Shown here: in pieces, positions 13,550-29,121 of the stretch | How the letters are laid out: each line of letters begins with the position of its first letter | Position numbering within the stretch: position 1 is the first letter of the stretch | DNA from: Eledone cirrhosa | Taxonomy: Eukaryota | Assembly: GCA_964016885.1 (NCBI GenBank) | Contig: OZ024742.1 | Span: forward strand, 36,208,001-36,272,000 | Length of the DNA: 64,000 nt | Reading direction: 5' to 3' | Made by a program: the position numbers and the translations under genes | Notes under the pieces: generated by a model | Database searches by the model: none | What the model was told of the DNA's origin: nothing | What the model saw: the letters and a program-made list of their open reading frames with translations, nothing else

Positions 13550-13862
13550 AGTATAGCACAGGCGGCCCGCGGGCCACAATCCGGCCCGCCAGACCAGTCA
13601 GAGTGACCCGCGATGACCATTTTTAATTTTTACCTTCTAGAATTATTTAGAATTTTTTCGTAACCGTAATACAATTTTCTGTTAGTTGACCTATACTAAA
13701 GGGCTTCACTGATAGGGTTATGTGTGTTATAATTTCCCAGTTCCATATTATGGAAAGAAGTTGTGGTGAATCTTTAGAATGCTTAATAAATATTAATGGC
13801 CCTAATGGTTGTTCCAATGTTCAAAAGTGACCCGCCAATGGAATATGTTGCACACTCCTGGT
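13550..13862 (+). mobile_element. Possible decayed hAT-type MITE
   Basis: Subterminal ggcccgcgggccacaatccggcccg motif and a gttgcacactcctg terminus typical of small hAT non-autonomous elements. The left TIR is not clear. Confidence 0.45.
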
Positions 13863-14059
13863 ATAGTAGATACCAATCGAATTGTTTAAGGCAGTCACAA
13901 AGCACTCAGTGGTGTGAAAGATTAATACGCTTTCATTCAGAATAAACATAAACATTTAATATAATGTGACACCAAGAATAAAGTGACCAAATACATGTGG
14001 TTATAATACCACAACATCGATATATACAAACAGGACAAATAGGTAATTTTGCAGCTTAT

Positions 14060-15410
14060 CACCTGGATAGGCAATTCCATGTTATCCAGCAGTGTTGTGG
14101 GGCGCTGGACGGATGCACCAGTTAAGTTGCTCGGGTCTAGTTTGGTCCAGACCTCCAGATGTATAGGAACTAAAACGAGGTAACAAGCCAAGTTGTCAAT
14201 CTCACTTAGAAACTGATCGAGAGGAAGCTATCCATGAAAAGTCGAACAGAAGTAGCAAGTGAGTATATTGTCTCCGGTATATAATTCCAAATGACGTTGT
14301 CCCTCGCCTCAGTTCACGCCTCACCAAATTGAAGCGTCTGCTCTCTCATTTCTTGTAGAAGAGACGTGTTCCACTGCTTAGGTGGTCCATCTGCTGCTGA
14401 TACCCTTTACGTGGAGAGCCCGCCATGCCGTGGCTGTTAGGTTGCATACATGAGCTGAGGCTACGTCATTTGCAAATGTTCTTAGAGGGTGAACAGGTCT
14501 TTATCAGGTGCGTCTCTTTCCAGAGCTTGCTAATTTGATCGAGCTGTAGTAATGGGTCACACGAAGACTGAGACTGTGTACTTGGTCCTGGAATGTTGTC
14601 AGGTGCACACAGCCTTATACCAGTTCGGCAGTATGGTCAATGCAAATTCCACGTTAGTGATCTATAGAGAATAAATGGTGGTCAAGTGTAATGACGTTTT
14701 CCAAGAAACTCCAGGTATCAATCAGAATAAACTGATCACACTATTCAGTAGGGCCTTCGGTCCAGGGATTATGGATAATTTTCAAAAATCACTCTCCTGT
14801 GTTAACGGGTGCACTACCGGTTCCAGACAAACACTACAGGCACGGACGTGTTGTCAGACAGGCCTGTTCGAGGTGCATGCAGCGTGATGCAACCGTTCAG
14901 CGCTCACTTGTCCAGTGTCCGTACATTGCTTACTCGTGGAGTTTCGTCTAACAGCTGTTGTTGGGTGAAGGACGGATCCAACCATCGGCCGACTCCATCG
15001 TGAAGATCTCTTCATCCCCTTCTTTTGATCGTGAAGGCAGTTTTTCTTTGTTTGGAGAGTGTAGCAAAAGAGGATGGGTGCTTGATGAGACTGAAAGAAC
15101 TGATGACAGACAAATGTTTCTTCGGCCAAGCCCTCATCGACTTTTTCAAGTTCCACGCCGAAAGGAAGTTGAGTGTAAAGATGAAGTGTCCCCTCACCCC
15201 CAGTATTAGTTAAAAGCAGAGTGAAGGAAGCGATAATGACCCGAGTGAATTGACCTACTATACGTATGCGTCTGTAAGGTTGGAGAAAAGAGAGGTTAGA
15301 CGGGGGCCATCTGCATTTAGTAACCTTGCATCTATGAAGTTCCTAAATTACCCTTCGGTGGTTCCCTCACTATTTAAGACATCTGTTGTTATTAATTTGT
15401 TTATTTGCTT
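14060..15410 (+). pseudogene. Decayed 3' part of an L1/Tx1 ORF2 (post-RT region and zinc finger)
   Basis: Fragmented translation VVGRWTDAPVKLLG..FGPDLQM, ERKLSMKSRTEV, ACSRCMQRDATVQRSLVQCP, with many stops and frameshifts. Confidence 0.65.
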
Positions 15411-15465
15411 TGTCCTTAATGTTGTCGATCCTTAAGACCAATAATGAACTCCTCATTATCATTAG

Positions 15466-15669
15466 GGCGGTGGAGTGGCAGTATCGGTAGAGGGTCGGAC
15501 GCCATGCTTTACAGCATAGAACTACGTCCCTTTACGGTCTGAGTTCAAATCCCGGCGAGGTTAACTTTGCCTTTCATCCTTACGGGGTCAATAAAATAAA
15601 GTACCAGTAACGTACTGGGGTCGATTTAATCGACTTTCCTCTCCCCCCGAATTGCTGGCCTTGTGCCTA
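15466..15669 (+). mobile_element. Full-length tRNA-derived SINE
   Basis: A-box TGGCAGTATCGG, B-box GAGTTCAAATCC, core ttaactttgcctttcatccttacggggtc..aaataaagtaccag and tail tgctggccttgtgcc. More than 10 copies in the window. Confidence 0.85.
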
Positions 15670-15835
15670 TATCATCATCGTCTTCCTCCTCCTCCTCCTC
15701 CTCCTCCTCCTCCTCCTCCTCCTCCTCCTCCTCATCATCATCATCATCTTTATCATCCCCATCATCAATACCAGCATCAATAACAACAGCCGTATCATGT
15801 AGCATCACAAGTGTCTTTTTATGTTGTTGTTGTTG

Positions 15836-15915
<80 letters not shown>

Positions 15916-15916
15916 A
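15670..15916. repeat. Trinucleotide repeats (CCT)n, (CAT)n, (GTT)n, (GCT)n
   Basis: Read directly. Confidence 0.95.
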
Positions 15917-16007
15917 TTAACCCAAAATACAAACACAAACAGATGCAACCAAACAACAACAAAGCCAACACAGTTGCATTGTTGCTCCTCTTCCAGCCAT
16001 CACCCCC

Positions 16008-18055
<2,048 letters not shown>

Positions 18056-18499
18056 CATACGGATGTTGGTATTAATTAACTGTCACAACGCCGTTGAAGC
18101 TGTAGATGTTCTGGTGGATTCTTTTACTGTTATTACGAATCAATTATGGTACAAAGACCTTCAAGAACAACAACTGTAATATTTATCTCCTGTATATAAA
18201 TGTCTGTCTAAGAGATGTTTACAAAAGAAGTTCACTACTAGTGTCAACACACACAGCTAGATAGCTATAGAAATGTCTTTGATTTGGGAGCTTTGTGTGG
18301 GTGGTTTGTGTGTGTGTATTAGTGTATGTGTTAGTGTATGTGTTTATGTGATTACTCAGTGTTGTGTGGACATTTATGCGTGTGTGTTTGTGTGTGTTTA
18401 ATTTTAATTATTTCTTTTCATTCCTTCATAAGAGATGACATTTTGTTTCTGATTAATTTCGTTCAAGTATGTGTAGCTATGTGTGTATGTTTATCTGTC

Positions 18500-18862
<363 letters not shown>

Positions 18863-19816
18863 TAATTGGCATTAGCACTAAGACAGATCTTCCATTAGTA
18901 ACACTCACTCAGCTCGTACTGGTATTGAAATAGAGTAGAATCTGGAAATGATCATTTGCATGTAGCGCGGACTTGGCTGGTTATATTTAACTGGAACGAA
19001 ACATTGTTAAAATGACAATGTGTTGTAGTGTACTCCAGTAGCTGTGGTGGTCTTATGTACTGTAACGCTTTTTCGTGGCAGCGGCAGCGGTGCTGATGTC
19101 GTAATGTACTGAAAGGTTCCAAACTGAACTGCTTAACCACACAGCCATGTTGATAATTGGATTGGTCGAGGCATCTGTCAGAATGGAGAAGCTACATAAT
19201 CTATCAAAATCTGCATTGACACTTCGGAATTTTGCGTACTCAGGAATCTGCTCTGATAGAACAATCTCGAAAAGATTAACTAAGTGCGAAAAGTTTTGGG
19301 ACTTTTACAAATGTGCTGCCACAATTTCCGAGCATTTCCTTGTTACGTTGTTTCTGTTCATGTAATAACCGAATGGAAACCGCGTAGATCACTGTCGAGT
19401 GTGTTCAGATCACAACTGTAAGGTTCGATTTCTCGACCGGGTAGCATGTGTCCTTGATCAAAACCCTTTATTTCATGTTGCTTCAATCTGTTCGGCTGTA
19501 AAAACAAGAAGCTGCACTTGTAATTTAAAAGGCTAACTTTGTAACACACTGTGTCACGTTGAATCTCTTAGGGGATTAAGTTAAAGGTACACGTGGATGT
19601 GGGATGTTCATCCAATTAGACTATAATATAAAATAGGCTATACATGTACTTCAATGAGCCAGTTTTGTCATACATGTTATGGTGAATCTCCCAGAGAATT
19701 ACGTTAATAGAAGACACGTCTGTGGAATTCTCACTGACTTTCCCGTTAATTTCACGAGTAAGCTGTTCCGTTGTTCAAACAACTGGAACATTCGTTGTCG
19801 AGAGCCACTGATGTCC

Positions 19817-19955
<139 letters not shown>

Positions 19956-20065
19956 TAAATAACCGGTTTGGGTGGTGTTTATATTATCAATGCTTCATTA
20001 AAATTATGGATTCGCAATTAACAATAAGTAATTATTAACAATAATGAATTTCTAGAATGTATCGC

Positions 20066-20835
20066 CGAATTGGCAGAGTCATTAGGACATCGTATAGAAT
20101 GCTTCAGTCCGCCTCTCTCTCCTATGAGTTCAAATCCTGCCGAGGTTAACTTTGATTTTCATCTTTTCTATGTCTATAAATAAAATACCAGTCGAAAGGT
20201 CGAATCTTTCTCTATATATATCTTTTCATCTTCGTTATCCCTTTCTCTCTCGAAGAAGAAGAAATCGGTTGTGCTCAGCCCTGGAGAAGTTTCGGCTCCG
20301 CCTAGCTTAAAATATCCAAGTCACGATGGTGTCATTACAACTTCACCATGAGTTATGGATCGATACATACAATAACTAAAAGACTGATCGTTGACAGAAT
20401 CTTTTGTTACTGAAATTCCGCCTGTATTAGTTTTATCTTTTTAGCAATATTACAGCGAGACCGTTCGATGATGGAATTGGTAGAGTGTTGAATTATGTCT
20501 AATGCACTATTTAGTTTGACTCGTCGAGGTTTGGGGTTCAAATTTATATTGCATTAATTTTATATTTTCCCCTCCTAGTGCCGATGAACTAAAGCCGGTG
20601 AATGGCAGAATTGGTAGGGGTGTCGAACAAAATATTTTGCAATATTTCGTCACATTTATTAAGGCACAGTGTTCAAATTTTGCCTGAGTTAATTTTACAT
20701 TTTATCTTTGCAGAGTCGATAGAATAAGTCCAGTTATTGATCGAATTGGTAGTCTGGATAAATTATTGTTTTGAGCTCAATTTTTGCTTGCATTAATTTT
20801 ACATTTTATCCTTCCAAGGTCGATAGAATAAGACT
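20066..20835 (+). mobile_element. Cluster of degenerate SINE copies in the same orientation
   Basis: Repeated gaattggcagag/gaattggtag..gttcaaat..ttaattttacattt..gtcgata motifs at ~20070, ~20475, ~20605 and ~20740. Confidence 0.55.
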
Positions 20836-21303
20836 AGTGGGTGATAGAATAATAACAACAGTGAAGTATCGACCTTCATTTCCAAGAACTGCAGGGTTTA
20901 TGTCCACCAATGGTCAATTAAAAGATCAATTCTTCTCCGTGGCAACGTCTGAATACATGTCTTCAAAAATGATTCACAAATCATTTCGAAAATAATCAAG
21001 AATCTGGGGAATTTAGAATTATAATTAATTTTCTTATTATTAAGCTGAAGTTAGGAACATAATTTAACAAATGTTCTTACATAAACTCAGGGTGGAAGAT
21101 TTTATACTAAACCAGATGCGAGAAAAACCACAAACCCTCCATCTCAATTCTACATTTGAAAAGCATAAGAACTGTAAAACTGGAAAAGGAAACAAATAAG
21201 TATTCTTAAAAAGACGCCAGCTGCATTTTCGATTTCTTTTCCTTATACTTTCACGCGCGTAGGACATGTCGTTTTTTTTTTTCATTTAAAAAAAACCTCA
21301 TTT

Positions 21304-21341
<38 letters not shown>

Positions 21342-21614
21342 GTGGGAAAGTAAGAAATCGGAGAATAGACGTTAAAACATGTTTATTTAAAACAGAACCT
21401 ACGTACGTTTCGCCCGGTTGGGCTTCTCAATGGCATAAATAATCAAAAGAGTTCCTTACATTGCTCGGAAAGACTGCCCTAACACCGGCTAGAGTTAACT
21501 CCCTTGACCTGCTGCAAAATCAAAACAAGCTATTTTTGCGAGCAATGAACCTTGACGTAGATTTAACCCCAAAAACTCTTTCCGAGCAATGTAAGGAACT
21601 CTTTTGATTATTTA

Positions 21615-21655
21615 TGCCCTTGAGAAGCCCAACCAGGCGAAACGTACGTCGGTGC
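21615..21655 (+). ncRNA. Minimal hammerhead-like motif with U3:A8 core (TTGAGAA); inverted copy at ~21396-21435
   Basis: gccc-TTGAGAA-GCCCaaccA/GGGC-GAAA-CGTACG-TC/TA-gg, with palindromic ACGTACGT. Stem I is weak. Confidence 0.55.
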
Positions 21656-21917
21656 TGTTTTAAATAAACATGTTTTAACGGTCTATTCTCCGATTTCTTA
21701 CTTTCCCACGTGCTTACGCTTTGCAAATTCTCTAGCCCACGAAATATTAACACTTCGAATATTTAATACTGCCGGCACTTGTATCGAGCACCTTTGGCAT
21801 ACGCTACTTGGCAAATAACTATATGTATCACCTATCCTCCCCTTTTTTCTCTCTCTCGATACGTAAATACTGTATTACCGTGCTCCTTTTGTAGACCATC
21901 TCACCTTATTTGCCATT

Positions 21918-23974
21918 ATGTTGGAGAACCAGCCGTTACCCATGTCTCTCAAGTGTATCCCCTTACACAGCAGAAAAACCTACCTCAAACTGCTTATAGA
22001 CGCTACTAATTCGTTTATACGGAGAGTCAGATGGAAGGCCTACCACCGGGATAAGAACACCCGTAACCTTCCTGAACCCAAAGAGAGGTATGGCTTCAAA
22101 ACATACCGAAACCCACCGCACAACACCTTACTGGACTCCTTTGAAGAGGACCTGCTGAAAATGATCAAAAACGTTAAGTTCAGAAAGAAACACCAGTGCA
22201 GCAATCCATTCTTAACGTCCCTTGATACACTAATAACTAAGATCAAGAATGACCCGCACCTCTTCGTCACCTCCGACAAAACCAAAAAGCTGTACAAGAT
22301 AGACGCGAGTAAGTATAAAAAATTAATCTATAAGTAACTACACAAAGACTACAAAAAGACACCCTCTAGTACCCTAAATGACATAAATAAATAGAGTAGG
22401 GAAGGATATAGTCACCAGCTTAGAAATAGAAAAGTACACTAACCCGTACGTCCCTCTGACGCCTAAATTCTCTCTTAAGGATCACACATATGACTTTAAT
22501 GAAAGCCCCTCTATTAGACTAATATGTCCCTCTACATCAGATATAGGTAAGATTAGTAAAGTGATCCTTGACAGTGTACTACTGGAGCTTAATAGAAAGG
22601 CTAAGGTCTGCCTCTGGGGCAACACCGACCAGATCATAAATTGGTTCACCGAGTTGCCGGATAAAGCCACCCTGAAGTTCATCCAGTTTGACATAGATAG
22701 TTACTACGCCTCTATCTCCCCCATACTCTTAAATAAGGCACTTATCTTAGCTAAATCTAACACTAGCCTCACTAAAAAAGAAATTGACATAGTTCTAGCG
22801 GCGCGTAGAACCATTATCCAGTTCGAAGGCTCCCACTGGATCAGAACCAACCGTCCTGATAACTTCTATGTCACGATGGGGTCCAGTGACTCATCGCAAG
22901 CAACTGACCTGGTCGGGATATACCTCCTACATAAGCTTAGGGAAGAGATACCGGCCCTACAAGGAGGTGTATATAGGGACGACGCCCTGTTTACCGTTAG
23001 GAACCATATCCCCCGTAGGATAGAGAACCTTAACAAACATATACACAGGTTCTTCAAGTCATACGGCCTATCCGTAACTATGGACCTCAACCACAAGGTT
23101 GTCAACTTCCTGGACGTGACCCTGGAGTTGAGTACGGGCTTATACAAGCCATACCATAAGCCTGGAGAGTGCCTCTCTTATATTAATTATGCCTCCAACC
23201 ACCCTAAGCAGACTCTCAACTCCATAGTCTATAGTATCTCACATAGAATCTCGAAACTATCCGCCAATGAGGATATCTTCAACCAAGCGGCAGATTACTA
23301 CAATAGGGCCTTGATAAACGCCGGCTTTAACCGAGGAATTTCCTACATCCCTAACGCTAGCTCTAGAAACCACCCCCCTCATAAAACGAACGTTATAGTA
23401 AGCAATTACCTATAACCGATCACGCGGCGACCTCGTTGAAGTCGGATATAATAGAATAGATAACCGCACTAAAGATCACGACCCCGGTGACGGTGACAAC
23501 AATGATAGCCTTACCGTGGGAAATAGACGGAACTGCGACAGAAATTGCAACTGCCGCGACAGAGAACGCTGGCCCCTTAGAGGATACTGCTTGACTGATA
23601 GGGTTATATATAGATGCACTATAACTAGCCACAATAGCGTTAAACATTATATAGGGGCTACCTCCGGCCCGTTCAAAATTAGGTTTCGAACACATCTCCA
23701 CTCTTTCACAAATAAAAAACTAAGACACTCCACTTCGCTCGCGGACTACATAACATCACTAAAGGACTTAAACATCAGCTTCTCCACGCACTGGGATATT
23801 GTCGGCAGGGATGCACCGTACAACTTCAAGAGGAAATGCCTTCTTTGCCTCATGGAGCTCTACCACATCATAACTGCACCCCATGAGCTCATAAACAGCA
23901 GAGCTGAAACAGCGATAAGTTGTACACATCGCTTAAAAGTATCCTTCTTCAGATGGGTTAAGGATGAGGAGTGA
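21918..23974 (+). pseudogene. PLE reverse transcriptase-GIY-YIG endonuclease, broken into three ORFs
   Basis: ORFs 21918-22337, 22561-23415 and 23516-23974 carry the motifs above. Confidence 0.88.
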
Positions 23975-24004
23975 AACCGTGCACCGGATCTCCCTGCAAC
24001 AAGT

Positions 24005-24510
24005 CTCAATACATAGCAGAGTATAACAGTTTTAATATAGATGAGATTCTACAGGACTAGAACTGTTTCATTCATTAGAAATCATCAGGAATCTACTCTG
24101 CTATGTATTGAGTACCTTACTTACTGTGGTTACCTCCGATTCAACCCGGAATAACGTACATTTTAGCACTCTCTGTGCCCCTTATAACCATCATCAAGAA
24201 ACCATGAAATACCATATTTATTTTTTGATACCCAGATTCCTGATGATTTCTAATGAATGAAACAGTTCTAGTCCTGTAGAATCTCATCTATATTAAAACT
24301 GTTATACTCTGCTATGTATTGAGTACCTTACTTACTGTGGTTACCTCCGATTCAACCCGGAATAACGTACATTTTAGCACTCTCTGTGCCCCTTATAACC
24401 ATCATCAAGAAACCATGAAATACCATATTTATTTTTTGATACCCAGATTCCTGATGATTTCTAATGAATGAAACAGTTCTAGTCCTGTAGAATCGCATCT
24501 ATATTAAAAC

Positions 24511-24511
<1 letters not shown>
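24005..24511 (+). mobile_element. Retrozyme/pLTR-like repeat: two 211-bp tandem units each with a hammerhead, preceded by an inverted 90-bp copy
   Basis: Hammerheads at 24234-24284 and 24445-24495 (+) and 24044-24094 (-): AGATTC-CTGATGA-tTTCtaatGAAt-GAAA-CAGttctagtcCTG-TA-GAATCT. Confidence 0.8.
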
Positions 24512-24534
<23 letters not shown>

Positions 24535-24542
<8 letters not shown>

Positions 24543-26026
24543 TGATCGAGTATCGAAAAATCGGCGTACGAGTTCACGATAAACAAAAATCCGATATGAG
24601 CGGCAGAGTGCTCACTGATTTAGATAAATCAGAGCTATAACTATCGTTAAAATACCGTCACACATAGAACAAGTCTATAATCAACCGCACGATCGAAAAA
24701 TTACGATAACGGAAGATTCGGGACACTCAGATAAAAAATATCAATAATTCAATAAATTAAATGAATGTAAAATGCATACCCGGACCCGCTAGGAAGATGT
24801 TAAATCTAGCTTCTTGGGTTTCTGTAAATCCTTAAACTGTTCTCTATCAGCTCACATATAAATATATAAGACTTCTAGAATTCAGCGGACAGGAAATTTA
24901 CTTCTTCAACGAGCTTCGTCCGAACGGATAAAATGGCTTAACCCAGGCTAAATACGCACATGGAATTCGGCAAGGGAGATAACCTCTACATCCGCGAAAA
25001 CTATTCGAGAAAATGTGGAAATACACATATCGAATAAAAGTGCTCAATAGACATGTTAAAATAAACAGGAGCTATTCATCACTCAATAGAATCGACAAAA
25101 AATGAACAATAAAATTAACTGGTGGATAGCTATGTCCAGAGCTAAATATATTAGAATGATCGAGTATCGAAAAATCGGCGTACGAGTTCACGATAAACAA
25201 AATTCGATATGAGCGGCAGAGTGCTCGCTGATTTAGATAAATCAGAGCTATAACTATCGTTAAAATACCGTCACACATAGAACAAGTCTATAATCAACCG
25301 CACGATCGAAAAATTACGATAACGGAAGATTCGGGACACTCAGATAAAAAATATCAATAATTCAATAAATTAAATGAATGTAAAATGCATACCCGGACCC
25401 GCTAGGAAGATGTTAAATCTAGCTTCTTGGGTTTCTGTAAATCCTTAAACTGTTCTCTATCAGCTCACATATAAATATATAAGACTTCTAGAATTCAGCG
25501 GACAGGAAATTTACTTCTTCAACGAACTTCGTCCGAACGGATAAAATGGCTTAACCCAGGCTAAATACGCACATTGAATTCGGCAAGGGAGATAACCTCT
25601 ACATCCGCGAAAACTATTCAAGAAAATGTGGAAATACACATATCGAATAAAAGTGCTCAATAGACATGTTAAAATAAACAGGAGCTATTCATCACTCAAT
25701 AGAATCGACAAAAAATGAACAATAAAATTAACTGGTGGATAGCTATGTCCAGAGCTAAATATATTAGAATGATCGAGTATCGAAAAGTCGGTGTACGAGT
25801 TCACGATAAACAAAATTCGATATGAGCGGCAGAGTGCTAGCTGATTTAGATAAATCAGAGCTATAACTATCGTTAAAATACCGTCACACATAGAACAAGT
25901 CTATAATCAACCGCACGATCGAAAAATTACGATAACGGAAGATTCGGGACACTCAGATAAAAAATATCAATAATTCAATAAATTAAATGAATGTAAAATG
26001 CATACCCGGACCCGCTAGGAAGATGT

Positions 26027-26030
<4 letters not shown>
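24535..26030. repeat. 613-bp tandem repeat, ~2.4 near-identical units, between (TA)n tracts
   Basis: ttagaatgatcgagtatcgaaaa recurs at ~24537, 25151 and 25764. Confidence 0.92.
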
Positions 26031-26098
<68 letters not shown>

Positions 26099-27250
26099 TA
26101 TATATATACACTTTAAGATGCGCCATTTTATATTATAGAAGAACGGGCAGTTTCAGGTTGTTTCATATCAAAAAGGTTAAATTGACACATAATAGCCTTA
26201 CAATGACCGGCTGTGTGCCAATGAAAGCAATCAGAATGAACACAAAGATTTTATAAAGATTATATAAAGATTTTCAAGAGCTAGTTCAAAGCATTTGATC
26301 CGCCGTTCTAATGGCTCTGATAATTCGCAGCCTTGACTTAACACACTATACAGATTAGAATAAAAAACAGAAGGCATGTCTGAAAACTAAAAAAGCCTAT
26401 ACGGGAAAGCTAAGGATTGAAAAGATATTAGAGCTAGGACCTGTCTAAAATACAATGGTGAGTTTTAAAATAAAATGTTATATATTGAAAAATTAGAGGC
26501 GGTTTTAAGCTATTTAGTAATAAAATGATTAAATAATTTAATGATTAAAAGTGCAATTATTTTCGCGCTAATCTGGTAAAAATAGTGATAATGTAGTGGT
26601 GCTGATAATGGATATAAACAATATGTTTAATGAAAGAAAATACCCCCGGGGAGCGTTCTAGCATAGTAATACTTGAGCCAAACTTTCATTAAACAGTCGA
26701 TATCTCACGTGGCGTTTGAATCACGTGAAGGGAAGCAGATTTGGTTTGTCTATTGAATGCGGTTTATAAGTGGCTAATAAGAATGTCTGTACAAAATGGT
26801 AATTATAGATAGGCATTTCAAACTGACACATGTACACATACACAAAGCACGTAAACACATGCACTTACATATGTACACACCACACACATTTACACATATA
26901 TATGACTCTAGACACGTGTATGAGGGTGTATATATATTATGTATATATGATGGTGTGTGTCTGAATGTATGTATGCATGTAATTGCGTGTGTTTAATTAG
27001 CAATAAACAAAGATACTTAAATAAATACAAATGAGAAACATACACACACGCACAAACTTCCAAACATCCACAAACACACTCACACACAATCACACACACA
27101 CACACACATGTATATATATATGTGTGTGTGAGCGCGCGCGTGTGTGTATATATGCAAAAAAGTAAACGGAAACAACAAACAAACCAGCACAGTACAATGA
27201 AGGAATATATTAGTTTATCATTTGATATATATATATATATATATATATAT

Positions 27251-28757
27251 AATAAAATAAGTCCCTCATCAGTGATTTGCCGAAGATCATAGATATTTCA
27301 TTGCATTAAAAATCATATATCTCACTTCGGTGCAATAATAACCAAAATAAGTTATTAGGACAATTAAAACGCGTAAAGCGAGTGAGACAGGAGAACAACA
27401 GAAAATATAGCATACCGTAGGGGAGAAACAAGCTTCAAAAATTATTCTGTTTAGCATAAGCTAGGTGAATATATGAGCGCTTAGAGAATAGTACCAACAC
27501 GAACGAAGGCTATTGAGCAGAGAGAGAAAAAATAGCGTTCGTGAGTGCAAGATGAAATGAAGAGAAGAGGGAGAAAAACAGTGAGTGAGTGAAAGTGTGA
27601 GGAAGAGTTAACGGACAAGACAGAGGGGGAGAAACAGAGAGAATGGGGGAACAGTAAGAGAGAGAGAAAAAAACACAGAATCGCAGTGGTAAATATATGT
27701 ATTAAAATATAGAGAAAAATACTGCAGGTAGCACATGGTAACATGTAATAAAATAAGTCCCTCATCAGTGATTTGCCGAAGATCATAGATATTTCATTGC
27801 ATTAAAAATCATATATCTCACTTCGGTGCAATAATAACCAAAATAAGTTATTAGGACAATTAAAACGCGTAAAGCGAGTGAGACAGGAAAACAACAGAAA
27901 ATATAGCATACCGTAGGGGAGAAACAAGCTTCAAAAATGATTCTGTTTAGCATAAGCTAGGTGAATATATGAGCGCTTAGAGAATAGTACCAACACGAAC
28001 GAAGGCTATTGAGCAGAGAGAGAAAAAATAGCGTTCGTGAGTACAGGATGAAATGAAGAGAAGAGGGAGAAAAACAGTGAGTGAGTGAAAGTGTGAGGAA
28101 GAGTTAACGGACAAGACAGAGGGGGAGAAACAGAGAGAATGGGGGAACAGTAAGAGAGAGAGAAAAAAACACAGAATCGCAGTGGTAAATATATGTATTA
28201 AAATATAGAGAAAAATACTGCAGGTAGCACATGGTAACATGTAATAAAATAAGTCCCTCATCAGTGATTTGCCGAAGATCATAGATATTTCATTGCATTA
28301 AAAATCATATATCTCACTTCGGTGCAATAATAACCAAAATAAGTTATTAGGACAATTAAAACGCGTAAAGCGAGTGAGACAGGAAAACAACAGAAAATAT
28401 AGCATACCGTAGGGGAGAAACAAGCTTCAAAAATGATTCTGTTTAGCATAAGCTAGGTGAATATATGAGCGCTTAGAGAATAGTACCAACACGAACGAAG
28501 GCTATTGAGCAGAGAGAGAAAAAATAGCGTTCGTGAGTGCAGGATGAAATGAAGAGAAGAGGGAGAAAAACAGTGAGTGAGTGAAAGTGTGAGGAAGAGT
28601 TAACGGACAAGACAGAGGGGGAGAAACAGAGAGAATGGGGGAACAGTAAGAGAGAGAGAAAAAAACACAGAATCGCAGTGGTAAATATATGTATTAAAAT
28701 ATAGAGAAAAATACTGCAGGTAGCACATGGTAACATGTAATAAAATAAGTCCCTCAT
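27251..28757 (-). repeat. 496-bp tandem repeat, 3 units, between (TA)n tracts; carries the K-turn/hammerhead-like motif
   Basis: aataaaataagtccctcat recurs at 27251, 27747, 28243 and 28739. Units are almost identical. Confidence 0.93.
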
Positions 28758-29064
28758 ATATATATATATATAATGAAGGAAGTGTGGTAAGGAACCAGGT
28801 GGACCATAACGCACCAGAGTACTCGATAGTAGAGTGGGTAATAGGAAAAGGTTCAGGACTGTCTAGAAATAGCCGTCGAAACGGCTTGAGGTCTGCCGTC
28901 GGGGTCCTGAACCTTTTCCTATATATATATATATATATATATATACATACATAATTATATACATATCTACTCTTGTTCAAAGCATGGAGTTTAAGCTATA
29001 CTGGAACGCCGCCATATAGTGGCTAGGCTCTTTCCAATTACAGACACACACACACACGCACACA

Positions 29065-29121
<57 letters not shown>

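Larger units (their letters stand above)
21341..23990 (+). mobile_element. Penelope-like retroelement (probably Naiad-type): inverted pLTR, pLTR with hammerhead, disrupted RT + GIY-YIG ORF
   Basis: FIRRVRWKAY, TSDKT, FDIDSYYASIS, TMGS, YRDDAL, FLDVTLEL, YKPYHKP, SNHP; then CNCR..PLRGYCL, VIY..HYIG, R..H and CLLCLME..INSRAE..CTH. Inverted arms 21341-21473 / 21577-21710, inserted after (TA)n. Confidence 0.88.

Noticed and set aside
28844-28920. Complete hammerhead in the gtcGAAAcggc family
   Set aside because: No CUGANGA in any copy. The apparent long stem I is better explained as an inverted 5' tail on a truncated element.
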